Below are positions 10,277-19,024 of a stretch of DNA of 64,000 bases, one piece after another. The position numbers and the translations under genes are program-made. Numbering within the stretch: position 1 is the stretch's first letter; the number at the start of each line of letters is the position of its first letter. Below the pieces are notes generated by a model. It was not told where the DNA came from and made no database searches. It saw nothing but the letters and a program-made list of their open reading frames with translations. This stretch comes from Clostridia bacterium (GTDB taxonomy: Bacteria; Bacillota; Clostridia; Christensenellales; CAG-138): NCBI GenBank assembly GCA_017545535.1, contig JAFWMS010000005.1:30013-94012 (forward strand). The letters are read 5' to 3'.

Positions 10277-12295
10277 CTATTTCCGCGACCGCCCCCGGCT
10301 TTTCTTGGCGGAGCCCACCATGCCGGGCCGGACCTGTCGGGAGGCGGTGACGGTCTCGCCCCGGAGCTTTTTGATCTCGTCCCGGAGCTTGGCCGCTTGC
10401 TCGAATTCCAGCTCCCGGGCCGCCTGGCGCATCTGCTCCTGGAGGAGCTCAATCCGCTCCTCCCGCTGCTGCTGGTCGAAGACGGTCTCCCCCGCCTCCG
10501 CCTTGTGGCTGATGCCGAGAAGGGCGGAGACCTCCTTGCGGATGGTCCGGGGGGTGATGCCGTGGGCCGCGTTGTAGGCCATCTGCTTCTGCCGGCGGCG
10601 CTCCGTCTCGTCCATGGCTCGCCGCATGGAGGGGGTGACGGTGTCCGCGTAGAGGAGCACCCGGGCCTCCGCGTTCCGGGCGGCCCGGCCGATGGTCTGG
10701 ATGAGGGAGGTCTCGGACCGAAGGAAGCCCTCCTTGTCCGCGTCCAGTATGGCCACCAGGCCCACCTCCGGAAGGTCCAACCCCTCCCGCAGCAGGTTGA
10801 TGCCCACCAGCACGTCGAAGTCCCCCAGGCGAAGATCCCGGATGATCTCCATGCGGTCCAGGGTGTCGATGTCGCTGTGCATGTACCGGACCCGGACGCC
10901 CATGCCGTCCAGATATTCCGTCAGATCCTCCGCCATCCGCTTGGTCAGGGTGGTGATGAGGGTCCGATACCCCTTCTGGGCGGTGAGGCGCACCTCGGAC
11001 AGGATGTCGTCGATCTGTCCCTCGATGGGCCTGAGGAAGATCTCCGGGTCTACGAGGCCCGTGGGCCGGATGATCTGCTCCGCCACCTGGGTGCAGCGGG
11101 AGAGCTCCCAGGGACCGGGCGTAGCCGACACGCAGAGCATCTGGGGGATCCGCTGCAAAAATTCGTCGAACTGCAGCGGCCGGTTGTCATAGGCGGAGGG
11201 GAGGCGGAAGCCGTACTTCACCAGCTCCTCCTTCCGCATGCGGTCCCCCCGGTACATGGCGCCGATCTGGGGAATGGTCACGTGGCTTTCGTCGATGATG
11301 AGCAAAAAGTCCTTGGGGAAGTAGTCGATGAGGGTGTAGGGGGGCTCCCCCGGCTGGCGGCCGTCGAAGTAGCGGGAGTAGTTCTCGATGCCGTTGCAGT
11401 AGCCGATCTCCTGCATCATCTCCATGTCGTGGCGTACCCGCTGCTCGATGCGCTCCGCCTCCAGGGGCTTGTTTTCGTCCAGGAACTGGTCCCGGCGGAG
11501 CTCCATGTCCCTCTCGATGTCCTTCATGGCGGCCATGAGCTTGGCCTGGCCCGTGGCGTAGTGGGAGGCGGGGAAGATAGCCGCGTGGTCCTGGCGGCTC
11601 AAGACCTCGCCGGTGAGGGTGTTGATCTCGGTGATCTTCTCGATCTCGTCCCCGAAGAAGCTGACCCGAAGAGCCCGGCCCTCGTTGCCCATGGGGAAGA
11701 TGTCCAGGGTGTCCCCCCGGACCCGGAAGGTGCCCCGCTGAAAATCGAGATCGTTCCGCTGGAACTGGATGTCCACCAGGCGGCGCATGACCTCCTCCCG
11801 GCTCACCTCCATGCCGGGTCTGAGGGAGAGGGACAGGTGCAGATACTCCTCCGGGTCGCCCAGGGCGTAGATGCAGCTCACCGAAGCCACGATGATCACG
11901 TCGCTGCGCTCGTTCAGCGCACAGGTGGCGGAGTGTCGGAGCCGGTCGATCTCCTCGTTCACCGCGGTGGTCTTTTCGATATAGGTGTCGCTGGAGGCGA
12001 TGTAGGCCTCCGGCTGATAGTAATCGTAATAGGAAACGAAGTACTCCACCGCCGAGTCCGGGAAGAAGCTCTTGAGCTCGGAGCAGAGCTGGGCCGCCAA
12101 CGTCTTGTTGTGGGCCAGGACCAACGTGGGCTTTTGGACCTTTTCTATGACCTTGGCCATGGTGTAGGTCTTGCCGGAGCCGGTGACGCCCAGCAGGACC
12201 TGGAGCTTGTCGCCCCGAAGGACGCCTTCGCTGAGCTTTTCTATGGCCTCGGGCTGGTCGCCCTGGGGCGTGAAGGGGGAAACGACCTTGAACAT
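10277..12295 (-). CDS. uvrB: Excinuclease ABC subunit B
   Basis: [37 protein letters not shown]-terminal UVR domain. Start corrected to MFKVVSPF. Confidence 0.99.
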   Translation of the reverse strand: MFKVVSPFTPQGDQPEAIEKLSEGVLRGDKLQVLLGVTGSGKTYTMAKVIEKVQKPTLVLAHNKTLAAQLCSELKSFFPDSAVEYFVSYYDYYQPEAYIASSDTYIEKTTAVNEEIDRLRHSATCALNERSDVIIVASVSCIYALGDPEEYLHLSLSLRPGMEVSREEVMRRLVDIQFQRNDLDFQRGTFRVRGDTLDIFPMGNEGRALRVSFFGDEIEKITEINTLTGEVLSRQDHAAIFPASHYATGQAKLMAAMKDIERDMELRRDQFLDENKPLEAERIEQRVRHDMEMMQEIGYCNGIENYSRYFDGRQPGEPPYTLIDYFPKDFLLIIDESHVTIPQIGAMYRGDRMRKEELVKYGFRLPSAYDNRPLQFDEFLQRIPQMLCVSATPGPWELSRCTQVAEQIIRPTGLVDPEIFLRPIEGQIDDILSEVRLTAQKGYRTLITTLTKRMAEDLTEYLDGMGVRVRYMHSDIDTLDRMEIIRDLRLGDFDVLVGINLLREGLDLPEVGLVAILDADKEGFLRSETSLIQTIGRAARNAEARVLLYADTVTPSMRRAMDETERRRQKQMAYNAAHGITPRTIRKEVSALLGISHKAEAGETVFDQQQREERIELLQEQMRQAARELEFEQAAKLRDEIKKLRGETVTASRQVRPGMVGSAKKSRGRSRK

Positions 12296-12296
12296 A

Positions 12297-12581
12297 TCAG
12301 TACTCAAAATCGACGGTGTGGGATTCCTGGACGTGCTGGTGGATGTATTTCCTTGCCTCGTTGTGGCTGGGGGCCTGGTCATAGGCCAAATACCCCGCCT
12401 TGTCCCGGCAGGTGACGATAAGCACCGCATCGTAGCTCCGGCCCTTGTGGAGCTGGTCAAGACCATATTCGATCTCCACGATCTCCGGCACGGTCTGCTT
12501 CAGCGCCAGGAGCTTCTCCCCCACCACGGGCGCGCACACCTCGGGATCGATAAACTTGAACAACAGCACATGCTTGAACAT
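12297..12581 (-). CDS. Dabb-family stress-responsive alpha/beta barrel protein
   Basis: [10 protein letters not shown]...YDQAPSH...VDFEY; SD AAGGAG; stop 1 nt before the uvrB ATG. Confidence 0.85.
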   Translation of the reverse strand: MFKHVLLFKFIDPEVCAPVVGEKLLALKQTVPEIVEIEYGLDQLHKGRSYDAVLIVTCRDKAGYLAYDQAPSHNEARKYIHQHVQESHTVDFEY

Positions 12582-12629
12582 CTTTTTCGTCTCCTTTGTC
12601 AGTATGGATACAGTATAGCGTATATGGGC

Positions 12630-12765
12630 TTCTCTTTCAATTTTTCTTTGCTCCTTTTTCTCTTCGGTGAAGAGGAAAAAAGAACCGAAAAAAAGAGAAG
12701 CATAAAAAACAAAAGAAACGCCTTCTGTCGTCATGGACGAGGGAAGGCGCTTTCGTATTCAGAAA
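12630..12765 (-). repeat. Copy of intergenic multi-hairpin repeat
   Basis: Reverse complement reads TTCTCTTTTT-N-TTCTTTTTTCCTCTTC-accg-AAGAGAAAAAGGAGC, similar to 33151-33200. Confidence 0.55.
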
Positions 12766-12768
12766 AGC

Positions 12769-12951
12769 TTATTGTATCTCAATATTGTCTACGCCGTGAG
12801 CCAAAATGAGGTTGATCAGCTCGTTGCGGGAGTGATTGGTTTCCGCAGACAGCTTGTCCAGCTTGGCCAAAATGTCCTCTCGTATGCGGACGGAGATGAT
12901 GCGATTTCCATCTTCACCGCGCTTTTTGATGATAAGGGGTTCAGTGTTCAT
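12769..12951 (-). CDS. Ribbon-helix-helix (CopG-like) regulator
   Basis: ISVRI beta strand, LAKLDKLS, SRNELINLIL; SD GAGGTGG. Confidence 0.8.
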   Translation of the reverse strand: MNTEPLIIKKRGEDGNRIISVRIREDILAKLDKLSAETNHSRNELINLILAHGVDNIEIQ

Positions 12952-13067
12952 GTACTCCACCTCGCAATCTGATTACATATAAGTATATGTTGACGAACGA
13001 AATGTATGTATGATACAATACAGATACAAGATAAATATTCTTGTAATACAAACTGAGGAGGGCGCAG

Positions 13068-13301
13068 ATGAGAAGGAGGGTGTCAATCTTGCTAATCTGT
13101 TGCATTGTTGCCAGCATGGTTCTTTGCCTGCTGGGATGCGAGAAAAGCAAGGTGGATGAAAATCAACGAATACTCGATTCGCTTCATGAAGGTTCGGAAC
13201 AGGCAGCGAGGAGAGCAGAGGAAGCACGGCAGGAATATGAAAAACTGCAAAAAGATTGGGCGGAGTATGAACGCCTATTGAAGGCGATTGGCGGAAATTA
13301 A
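13068..13301 (+). CDS. Small putative lipoprotein with coiled coil
   Basis: SD GAGGAGG, signal peptide ending LLGC, helical charged C-terminus; low GC. Confidence 0.7.
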   Translation: MRRRVSILLICCIVASMVLCLLGCEKSKVDENQRILDSLHEGSEQAARRAEEARQEYEKLQKDWAEYERLLKAIGGN

Positions 13302-13325
13302 TAATAACAAAAAAGGAGCGGAAAA

Positions 13326-13493
13326 ATGGAAATCGCATATTTGATTGGGTATTTGGTTGTTGGCGTTATTTGTGGTTTTATCACGAAAGCTATCACGAAT
13401 AACAGGGGCATGGAGGGCGGATTCTGGTGGGGGTTCTTCCTGGGCATTATCGGGATCATTATTGTCGCCGTCCGTCCCAATGACAAAAAATAA
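13326..13493 (+). CDS. 55-aa two-TM membrane protein (absent from the ORF track)
   Basis: SD AAGGAG; MEIAYLIGYLVVGVICGFITKAITNNRGMEGGFWWGFFLGIIGIIIVAVRPNDKK; followed by a terminator. Confidence 0.75.
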   Translation: MEIAYLIGYLVVGVICGFITKAITNNRGMEGGFWWGFFLGIIGIIIVAVRPNDKK

Positions 13494-13518
13494 AGGAAAT
13501 ACAGCTGATTTTAGCAAG

Positions 13519-13547
13519 GCAGGGAGCAAGAGCTCTCTGCTTTTTTT
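13519..13547 (+). terminator. Rho-independent terminator
   Basis: GCAGGGAGC-aaga-GCTCTCTGC followed by a T-run. Confidence 0.8.
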
Positions 13548-13607
13548 ATGGTGGCATTCCTCGCCACCGCCTGCGCTTCTCCCGGAGGAAAGCCTTGGAT
13601 TAGGTAA

Positions 13608-13660
13608 GTTTCTCTTTTTGGGCGACTTTTTCATCTTTGTATAAAGAGAAAAAGTCGCAG
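13608..13660 (+). repeat. Partial copy of intergenic multi-hairpin repeat
   Basis: TTTCTCTTTTTGG-GCGACTTTTTCATCTTT-gtat-AAAGAGAAAAAGTCGC. Confidence 0.6.
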
Positions 13661-13804
13661 GAACAACCTTGTGAAGGAACATATCCTCCTAGAACCGGCC
13701 TCCGCCGATATTCGCCGCCCATTCGCCAGGGGTCGCTGAATTTGCACTCTAACCAGTTGAGGAGGGGGATGGTACAATCGAAGCACAGCGAAGGAGGAGG
13801 CAAC

Positions 13805-14584
13805 ATGGCAAAGTACAAAGCTCTTTTGATCGACGACAACACCCAGTTCACGGAGAGCGTGAAGGGGTATCTGCTCTCCCAGGACCGGTTTTCCGAGGTG
13901 GACACGGCCCAGGACGGCCGGGAGGCCCTGAAGAAGCTTCGGGAGAAGACCTACGACGTGATGACGCTGGATCTCATCATGCCCAACGCGGACGGGCTGG
14001 CGGTTTTGGAGCAGCTGTCGCTCCTGCCGTTGGACCCGGCGCCGGCGGTGGTGGTGATCTCCGCTTTAAAGAACGAGGCCATGGTCCGCCGCTGCTGCGG
14101 GCTGGGCGCCCGATACTATATGGTGAAGCCCGTGGACCCGGACACGATTTCAAAACGCTTGCTGGAGACGCTGGAAGGAGAGCCGGTGAAAGGGGGCGTC
14201 ATGCCCTACGCCCCCACCCACCGGTCCTTCGAGGAGAAGGTGACCGCCATCTTCCTGGTGGCGGGGATCCCGGCCCACATCAAGGGGTACCACTACCTGA
14301 GGGAGGGGATCCGCCTGGTGTACAACGACCCGGATCTCATCAATCGGATCACCAAGGAGCTGTACCCGGGCATCGCCAAGCGGTTCGACACCTCCCCCAG
14401 CAAGGTGGAGCGGGCCATCCGCCACGCCATCGAGGTGGCCTGGACCCGGGGCAAGATCGAGAACCTCAACGCCCTCTTCGGCTACAACATCTACGGCAAG
14501 AACGACAAGCCCACCAATGGCGAATTCATCGCCCTGGTGGCGGACAAGCTCTTGATGGAGGAGCAGGGGAAAAAGGCGGGGTAA
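13805..14584 (+). CDS. spo0A: Sporulation master regulator Spo0A
   Basis: Receiver domain (DD, DLIMP, KP) plus GIPAHIKGYHYLR, ITKELYP, SKVERAIRHAIE, KPTNGEFIALVADKL; SD GGAGGAGG. Confidence 0.98.
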   Translation: MAKYKALLIDDNTQFTESVKGYLLSQDRFSEVDTAQDGREALKKLREKTYDVMTLDLIMPNADGLAVLEQLSLLPLDPAPAVVVISALKNEAMVRRCCGLGARYYMVKPVDPDTISKRLLETLEGEPVKGGVMPYAPTHRSFEEKVTAIFLVAGIPAHIKGYHYLREGIRLVYNDPDLINRITKELYPGIAKRFDTSPSKVERAIRHAIEVAWTRGKIENLNALFGYNIYGKNDKPTNGEFIALVADKLLMEEQGKKAG

Positions 14585-14606
14585 GTGGAGTTTATTAGAA
14601 GCCTGA

Positions 14607-14730
14607 TCCTTTTTCTTGAAAGAAAAAGGACCAAAAAGAACTTTAGAAGGATATTTTTCTCCCTCCCCTATCCCAAATCCTTTCTTAAGCTTTTCTTTTA
14701 ACCGAAAAGAAAAAGCGACAAAAACAAAAA
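14607..14730 (+). repeat. Copy of intergenic multi-hairpin repeat, probably terminating spo0A
   Basis: TCCTTTTTCT-TGAA-AGAAAAAGGA-CCAAAAAGAACTTTA...GCTTTTCTTTT-aacc-GAAAAGAAAAAGC; collinear with 33065-33210. Confidence 0.7.
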
Positions 14731-14866
14731 CTCCCCTCAGATAATAGCTTGCAGGACGGTTCCCCTCGTCCTGCAGGGTGCCCCGACCTCATGATCCGCG
14801 GAAGGCTGCCGCATCGATCCCACGCCCAAGGGACCGACGGCAGCTTTTCGCATCCTTTTCGCCCCC

Positions 14867-14955
14867 TTATCCACACCCAAAAGAGCAGGAATTTCGTGCT
14901 CGGTGGATAAGACGGTGGACAATGTGGATAATTTTCCGGTTGCCGGTGTGGATAA
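14867..14955. promoter_or_regulatory. DnaA-box cluster
   Basis: Perfect TTATCCACA at 14867-14875 (+), 14923-14931 (-) and 14947-14955 (-); near matches at 14902-14910 and 14914-14922. Confidence 0.85.
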
Positions 14956-15025
14956 ATGGCAGCCGGAGGCCCCGGACCGGGAATCCCGACAAATGGGCAT
15001 TTTTGGCGGACGCCCCTTCGGCGCG

Positions 15026-15060
15026 TTGACAGAGGCCCGGGGATGGGCTACAATGTCGAA
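15026..15060 (+). promoter_or_regulatory. Sigma-A promoter with overlapping 0A box
   Basis: TTGACA-17 bp-TACAAT; TGTCGAA at 15054-15060. Confidence 0.65.
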
Positions 15061-15100
15061 AAAGAACGATCCTGCAGGATGCGGCGGAAGGGACGGCAAA

Positions 15101-16465
15101 ATGGAAGCAAACTTCGGATACTTCGGCACCATGGGCGCCATCGCCCTGGCGTTGCTGGCCCTGTTTTGCCTGGATCGGCTCTGTTGCCGCCGGGAACCTC
15201 CCGAACGGCCCCTGCCCCGGCGGGAGGGAACGATGGAGCTGATGCTGTTTTTGCTGAGCTTCCTCGTTTTATTCCTGCTCAACGATCACCGGTTCGTCTA
15301 TTATAACAATTACAGCTACCTGGCGGACGCCCTGCTCCACGGCCGCCTGTACGTGGACGGGATGCCGGCGTATCTGGAGTCGGTGGAATTCGGCGGCCAC
15401 GTGTACATGCACTTCGCCCCCGGCCCCGCCATCCTGTGTCTGCCCTTCGTGGCCGTCTTCGGCGTGGGCGGGTTCAACATCGCCTGGCTCTCCCTGTTGC
15501 TGGGGGCGGCCAACACGTCCCTTGCCTATCGGGTGCTCCGGCAGATGGGCATCGGCCGGGACCGGCGGGAGCGGCTCTGGTGCGCGGCCCTGTTGACCTT
15601 CGGCACGGTCCACTGCTTCCTGGCGGCATTGGGGCACGGTTGGTTTTTGGGCCACGTGTCCAGCTGGTTCTTCCTGCTCCTCGGCATGGCGTTTTTGACC
15701 ACGCCGGAGGAAAAGCGGAAGGACGTCCACCTGTTCCTGGCCGGATTGTTCTACGGCTGCGCCGTCACCTGCCGGATGCCGAACCTGCTGGGGGCCCTGT
15801 TTTTCGGCGGGTACATCCTGACCCGGTACAAGCGTGAAACGCGGCTTCGGTCCCTTCTGTTCTTCTGCCTGGGAGCGGCGGTGCCCGGGGGCCTCTATAT
15901 GCTCTATAACTACGTGCGCTTCGGCACCATCATGGACAAGGGCTATAACCTGACCCACCTGAAGGACAAGCACCGGGCTCTGTACCTCGAGATGCAGGAG
16001 CTCCCCAGGGTGGAGCAGCTGTCCTATCTCAAGGCGGCGGAACAGGAGGTGGGCGGCCCCCTGCAAAAGAAATACATAGCCTTCAACCTCTATTCCATCT
16101 TCCTGCTGGGGCCGGAGTTCAAGGCGGAGTACCCCTACGTGATCCCCACCCTGGCGGGGGTGTCCCTGACCCACCTGTCCCCGGCCCTGTACGCCGCGGG
16201 CTGGGTGGACTACCGGAAGGACAAGCTTCCCTGGTTCCTGCTGGCCACGGCCGTCGTCTGCGCCGTGCCCTTCCTCATGAACTACGGCAACGGATTCGCT
16301 CAGTTCGGCATGCGCTACGCCATGGACTTCCTCCCCTATGTGGGCATCCTGGCCGCCATGGGCATGACCCGGAAGCCTCTGGGAGGATGGAAGGCGGCGC
16401 TGATCCTCCTCTGCATGCTGCTGAACATGTGGGGACCGGTGTACTGGAACATCTTTTACGCCTGA
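15101..16465 (+). CDS. Polytopic membrane protein, GT-C-like glycosyltransferase
   Basis: About 11 TM segments; YLADALLHG, AVTCR, YNYVRFG, RYAMDFLP motifs. Start moved downstream of the promoter. Confidence 0.65.
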   Translation: MEANFGYFGTMGAIALALLALFCLDRLCCRREPPERPLPRREGTMELMLFLLSFLVLFLLNDHRFVYYNNYSYLADALLHGRLYVDGMPAYLESVEFGGHVYMHFAPGPAILCLPFVAVFGVGGFNIAWLSLLLGAANTSLAYRVLRQMGIGRDRRERLWCAALLTFGTVHCFLAALGHGWFLGHVSSWFFLLLGMAFLTTPEEKRKDVHLFLAGLFYGCAVTCRMPNLLGALFFGGYILTRYKRETRLRSLLFFCLGAAVPGGLYMLYNYVRFGTIMDKGYNLTHLKDKHRALYLEMQELPRVEQLSYLKAAEQEVGGPLQKKYIAFNLYSIFLLGPEFKAEYPYVIPTLAGVSLTHLSPALYAAGWVDYRKDKLPWFLLATAVVCAVPFLMNYGNGFAQFGMRYAMDFLPYVGILAAMGMTRKPLGGWKAALILLCMLLNMWGPVYWNIFYA

Positions 16466-16527
16466 GACTGTGACCGGCGGTCCCGAGCTTGCCCTATATA
16501 TTTGAAGCGAAGTCTGGGAGGGAACGG

Positions 16528-17475
16528 ATGAACTTTCAAAATCTGCAATACTTTTTGATCGTGACCGAGGAGATGAACGTGACGAGGGCCGCCAAGCGGC
16601 TGCACATCTCCGAGCAGGCCCTTTCCCGGCAGATCGGCAAGCTGGAGAAGGAGCTGGGGGCCAAGCTCTTCGAACGGTACCCCCGGTTCACCCTCTCCGC
16701 CGCCGGAAAGCGCCTGAAGGCCGCCGCCGAGCAGATCGGTACCATCGAGCGGCAGCTCCACCTGGAGCTGGACGACCTGAGCCACAACAACACCGGCGAG
16801 CTTCGGATCGGCGTCAGCTACACCCGGGGCCAGGCCCTGCTCCCCCGGCTGCTGCCACCCTTTCACCAGCGGCATCCGGGCATCACCGTGACCATTCTGG
16901 AGGGATCCTCCTCGGAGCTCCAGGAAAACCTGTCCAAGGGCCGGATCGATCTGTTCATCGGCTATGTGCCCCGGGATCTGGACGCCTTTGAGGCCGCCGA
17001 GATCGGCCGGGAGCGGCTGTTTCTGGTGGTGCCCAAGCCCTTCATGGGGGAGCTGTTTGGGGCGCGGGCCGACGAGATGCGCCGCGCCTTCGCCGACGGG
17101 GTGGACATCACCGCCTTCCGGGATCTGCCCTTTATCCTCCTCGATCGGGAGGATCGGGTCCGGCGCATGGCGGACAGGCTCTTTTCCCGATACGACATCA
17201 CGCCCCGGATCCTGCTGGAAACGCGGAACATCCAAACCGCCTTCGCCCTGGCCATGGAGGGCATGGGCCTCACCATCTATCCGGAGCTGTTTTTGTCCAG
17301 CCAGTCCCTGCTGCCATCGGCCCAGGCCGCCCGGGATGCGGTGGACGCCTTCCCCCTGGACAGCGACCTTGCCCAAACCATCGTGGTGGCCTATCACCCG
17401 GAAAAGTATCTTTCCAACGCCGCGCGGGATTTCATCCAGGAGGCCCAAAGCATCCTGCAGGGGGACCGCCCGTAA
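16528..17475 (+). CDS. LysR-family transcriptional regulator
   Basis: N-terminal HTH (NVTRAAKRLHISEQALSRQIGKLEKELGAKLFER) plus substrate-binding domain. Confidence 0.96.
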   Translation: MNFQNLQYFLIVTEEMNVTRAAKRLHISEQALSRQIGKLEKELGAKLFERYPRFTLSAAGKRLKAAAEQIGTIERQLHLELDDLSHNNTGELRIGVSYTRGQALLPRLLPPFHQRHPGITVTILEGSSSELQENLSKGRIDLFIGYVPRDLDAFEAAEIGRERLFLVVPKPFMGELFGARADEMRRAFADGVDITAFRDLPFILLDREDRVRRMADRLFSRYDITPRILLETRNIQTAFALAMEGMGLTIYPELFLSSQSLLPSAQAARDAVDAFPLDSDLAQTIVVAYHPEKYLSNAARDFIQEAQSILQGDRP

Positions 17476-17495
17476 AGCGGGGAACACATTCTTTT

Positions 17496-17546
17496 TGCAA
17501 GCAATCCTGCATGCCGTGACGAAGGCTGCAGGATTGCTTGCATTTT
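17496..17546 (+). terminator. Terminator-like hairpin after the LysR gene
   Basis: 16-bp perfect inverted repeat TGCAAGCAATCCTGCA/TGCAGGATTGCTTGCA followed by TTTT. Confidence 0.7.
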
Positions 17547-17567
17547 GGTTTCAATTATCCCATTTTT

Positions 17568-17636
17568 AACAACCAAAAGGTTGTTGCCAACCGGCCTATA
17601 AAACTGCTTTCCCATCTTGGCCCGGCATGGTATCAT
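17568..17636 (+). promoter_or_regulatory. Putative LysR operator and extended -10 promoter of the oxidoreductase operon
   Basis: Palindrome AACAACC-AAAA-GGTTGTT (17568-17585); TGgTATCAT ending at 17636; no good -35. Confidence 0.5.
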
Positions 17637-17687
17637 ACTAAAAGGATGTTTTATACTTCCGTTATATATCATGGAAAGGGGAAACAC

Positions 17688-17894
17688 ATGGTTAACAAAC
17701 GGCTGATCATCAACGAAAAGTGGTGCAAGGGCTGCGGGATCTGCGTGGCCTTTTGCCCCAAGCAGGTGCTCGTGCTGAAGAAGGGGAAGGTCACCAAGGC
17801 CAATCCCGACGCTTGCATCAAGTGCGGGCAGTGCGAACAGAGGTGTCCCGACTACGCCATCTATCTGGAAAAAGTTGAGGAGGGTGCAAACTAA
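17688..17894 (+). CDS. korD: 2[4Fe-4S] ferredoxin, delta subunit of 2-oxoacid:ferredoxin oxidoreductase
   Basis: Two CxxCxxCxxxCP motifs; TAATG overlap with the alpha subunit. Confidence 0.9.
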   Translation: MVNKRLIINEKWCKGCGICVAFCPKQVLVLKKGKVTKANPDACIKCGQCEQRCPDYAIYLEKVEEGAN

Positions 17895-19021
17895 TGGGTA
17901 AGAAAGTTTTAATGCAGGGCAACGAAGCCTGCGTCATGGGCGCCATCGCCGCCGGTATGCGGTTCTTCGCCGGATACCCCATCACGCCCTCCACCGAGAT
18001 CGCTGAGATCTCCGCCCAGGAGCTGCCCAAGGTGGGCGGCCGCTTCCTCCAGATGGAGGACGAGATCTCCGGCGCCGCCGCCGCCATCGGCGCTTCCGTG
18101 GCCGGCGTCAAGGCCATGACCGCCACCTCCGGCCCGGGCTTCTCCCTGAAGCAGGAGCACATCGGGTACGCCGCCGAGGCGGAGATCCCCGTTGTGGTGG
18201 TGGACGTGCAGCGCGTGGGCCCCTCCACGGGTCTTCCCACCAGCCCCGCCCAGGGCGACCTCATGCAGGCTCGCTGGGGCACGCACGGCGACCATCCCGC
18301 CATCGTCATCTCCCCCGCCACGGTGAAGGAGACCTATCTCGAGGCCGTCCGCTGCTTCAACCTGGCGGAGAAGTATCGGACCCCCGTCATCTTCCTCATG
18401 GACGAGATGGTGGGCCACCTCCGCGAGGGCATCGAGATCCCCGAAGCCGACGAGCTCGAGGTCATCGACCGCACCGTCAACAAGAACCTGACCGACGAGC
18501 AGGCCTACGCTATCCCCGAGGGCAAGTACGCTCCCGAGATGGCTCCCTTCGGCGAGGGCATGCACTACAACATCTCCGGTCTGTTCCACGATGAGACCGG
18601 CTTCCCCCGCGGCACCGCTCAGAGCTATGAGAAGTTCATGAACCGGCTGCTGGACAAGGTGGAGAAGAACCGGGCCGACATCGAGAAGTGGGAAGAGAAG
18701 TTCCTGGACGACGCCGAGATCGCCGTGGTCAGCTTCGGCGGCGCCGCCCGTTCCGCTGAGGAAGCGGTTATCGAGGCACGCAAGCAGGGCATCAAGGCGG
18801 GTCTGTTCCGTCCCATCACCGTGTGGCCATTCCCCGAGAAGGCTCTGGAAGAGCTGGCAAAGAAGGTCAAGCGCTTCCTGGTGGTGGAGAACAACGCCGG
18901 TCAGATGGTCATCGAAGTGAAGGCCCATGCCGGCAACGTGCCCGTGGACTTCCTGGGCCGGTTCAACGGCTCCGTGGTGGATCCCGATGAAGTGCTCGCG
19001 AAACTCAAGGAGGAGGCATAA
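17894..19021 (+). CDS. korA: 2-oxoacid:ferredoxin oxidoreductase alpha subunit (2-oxoglutarate type likely)
   Basis: GYPITPSTE, QMEDE, TATSGPGFSL, QRVGPSTGLPT. Confidence 0.92.
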   Translation: MGKKVLMQGNEACVMGAIAAGMRFFAGYPITPSTEIAEISAQELPKVGGRFLQMEDEISGAAAAIGASVAGVKAMTATSGPGFSLKQEHIGYAAEAEIPVVVVDVQRVGPSTGLPTSPAQGDLMQARWGTHGDHPAIVISPATVKETYLEAVRCFNLAEKYRTPVIFLMDEMVGHLREGIEIPEADELEVIDRTVNKNLTDEQAYAIPEGKYAPEMAPFGEGMHYNISGLFHDETGFPRGTAQSYEKFMNRLLDKVEKNRADIEKWEEKFLDDAEIAVVSFGGAARSAEEAVIEARKQGIKAGLFRPITVWPFPEKALEELAKKVKRFLVVENNAGQMVIEVKAHAGNVPVDFLGRFNGSVVDPDEVLAKLKEEA

Positions 19022-19024
19022 GCT

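Noticed and set aside
10397-12415. Long antisense ORFs opposite real genes (also 36257..38254, 38031..40031, 44776..46608, 51251..53146, 54554..57118, 60421..62778)
   Set aside because: They mirror recognised genes; high-GC codon usage avoids TTA/CTA/TCA and keeps the antisense frame open; no motifs or SD seen
13637-13804. N-terminal extensions in the ORF track for spo0A and others (uvrB, dabb, 14903, 52971, 58524)
   Set aside because: Extensions run through promoters, repeats or neighbouring genes; downstream starts fit SD or promoter evidence and family lengths
14885-14912. GCAGGAATT as a sigma-H promoter
   Set aside because: No GAAT -10 at the expected spacing; the downstream sequence is better explained as DnaA boxes
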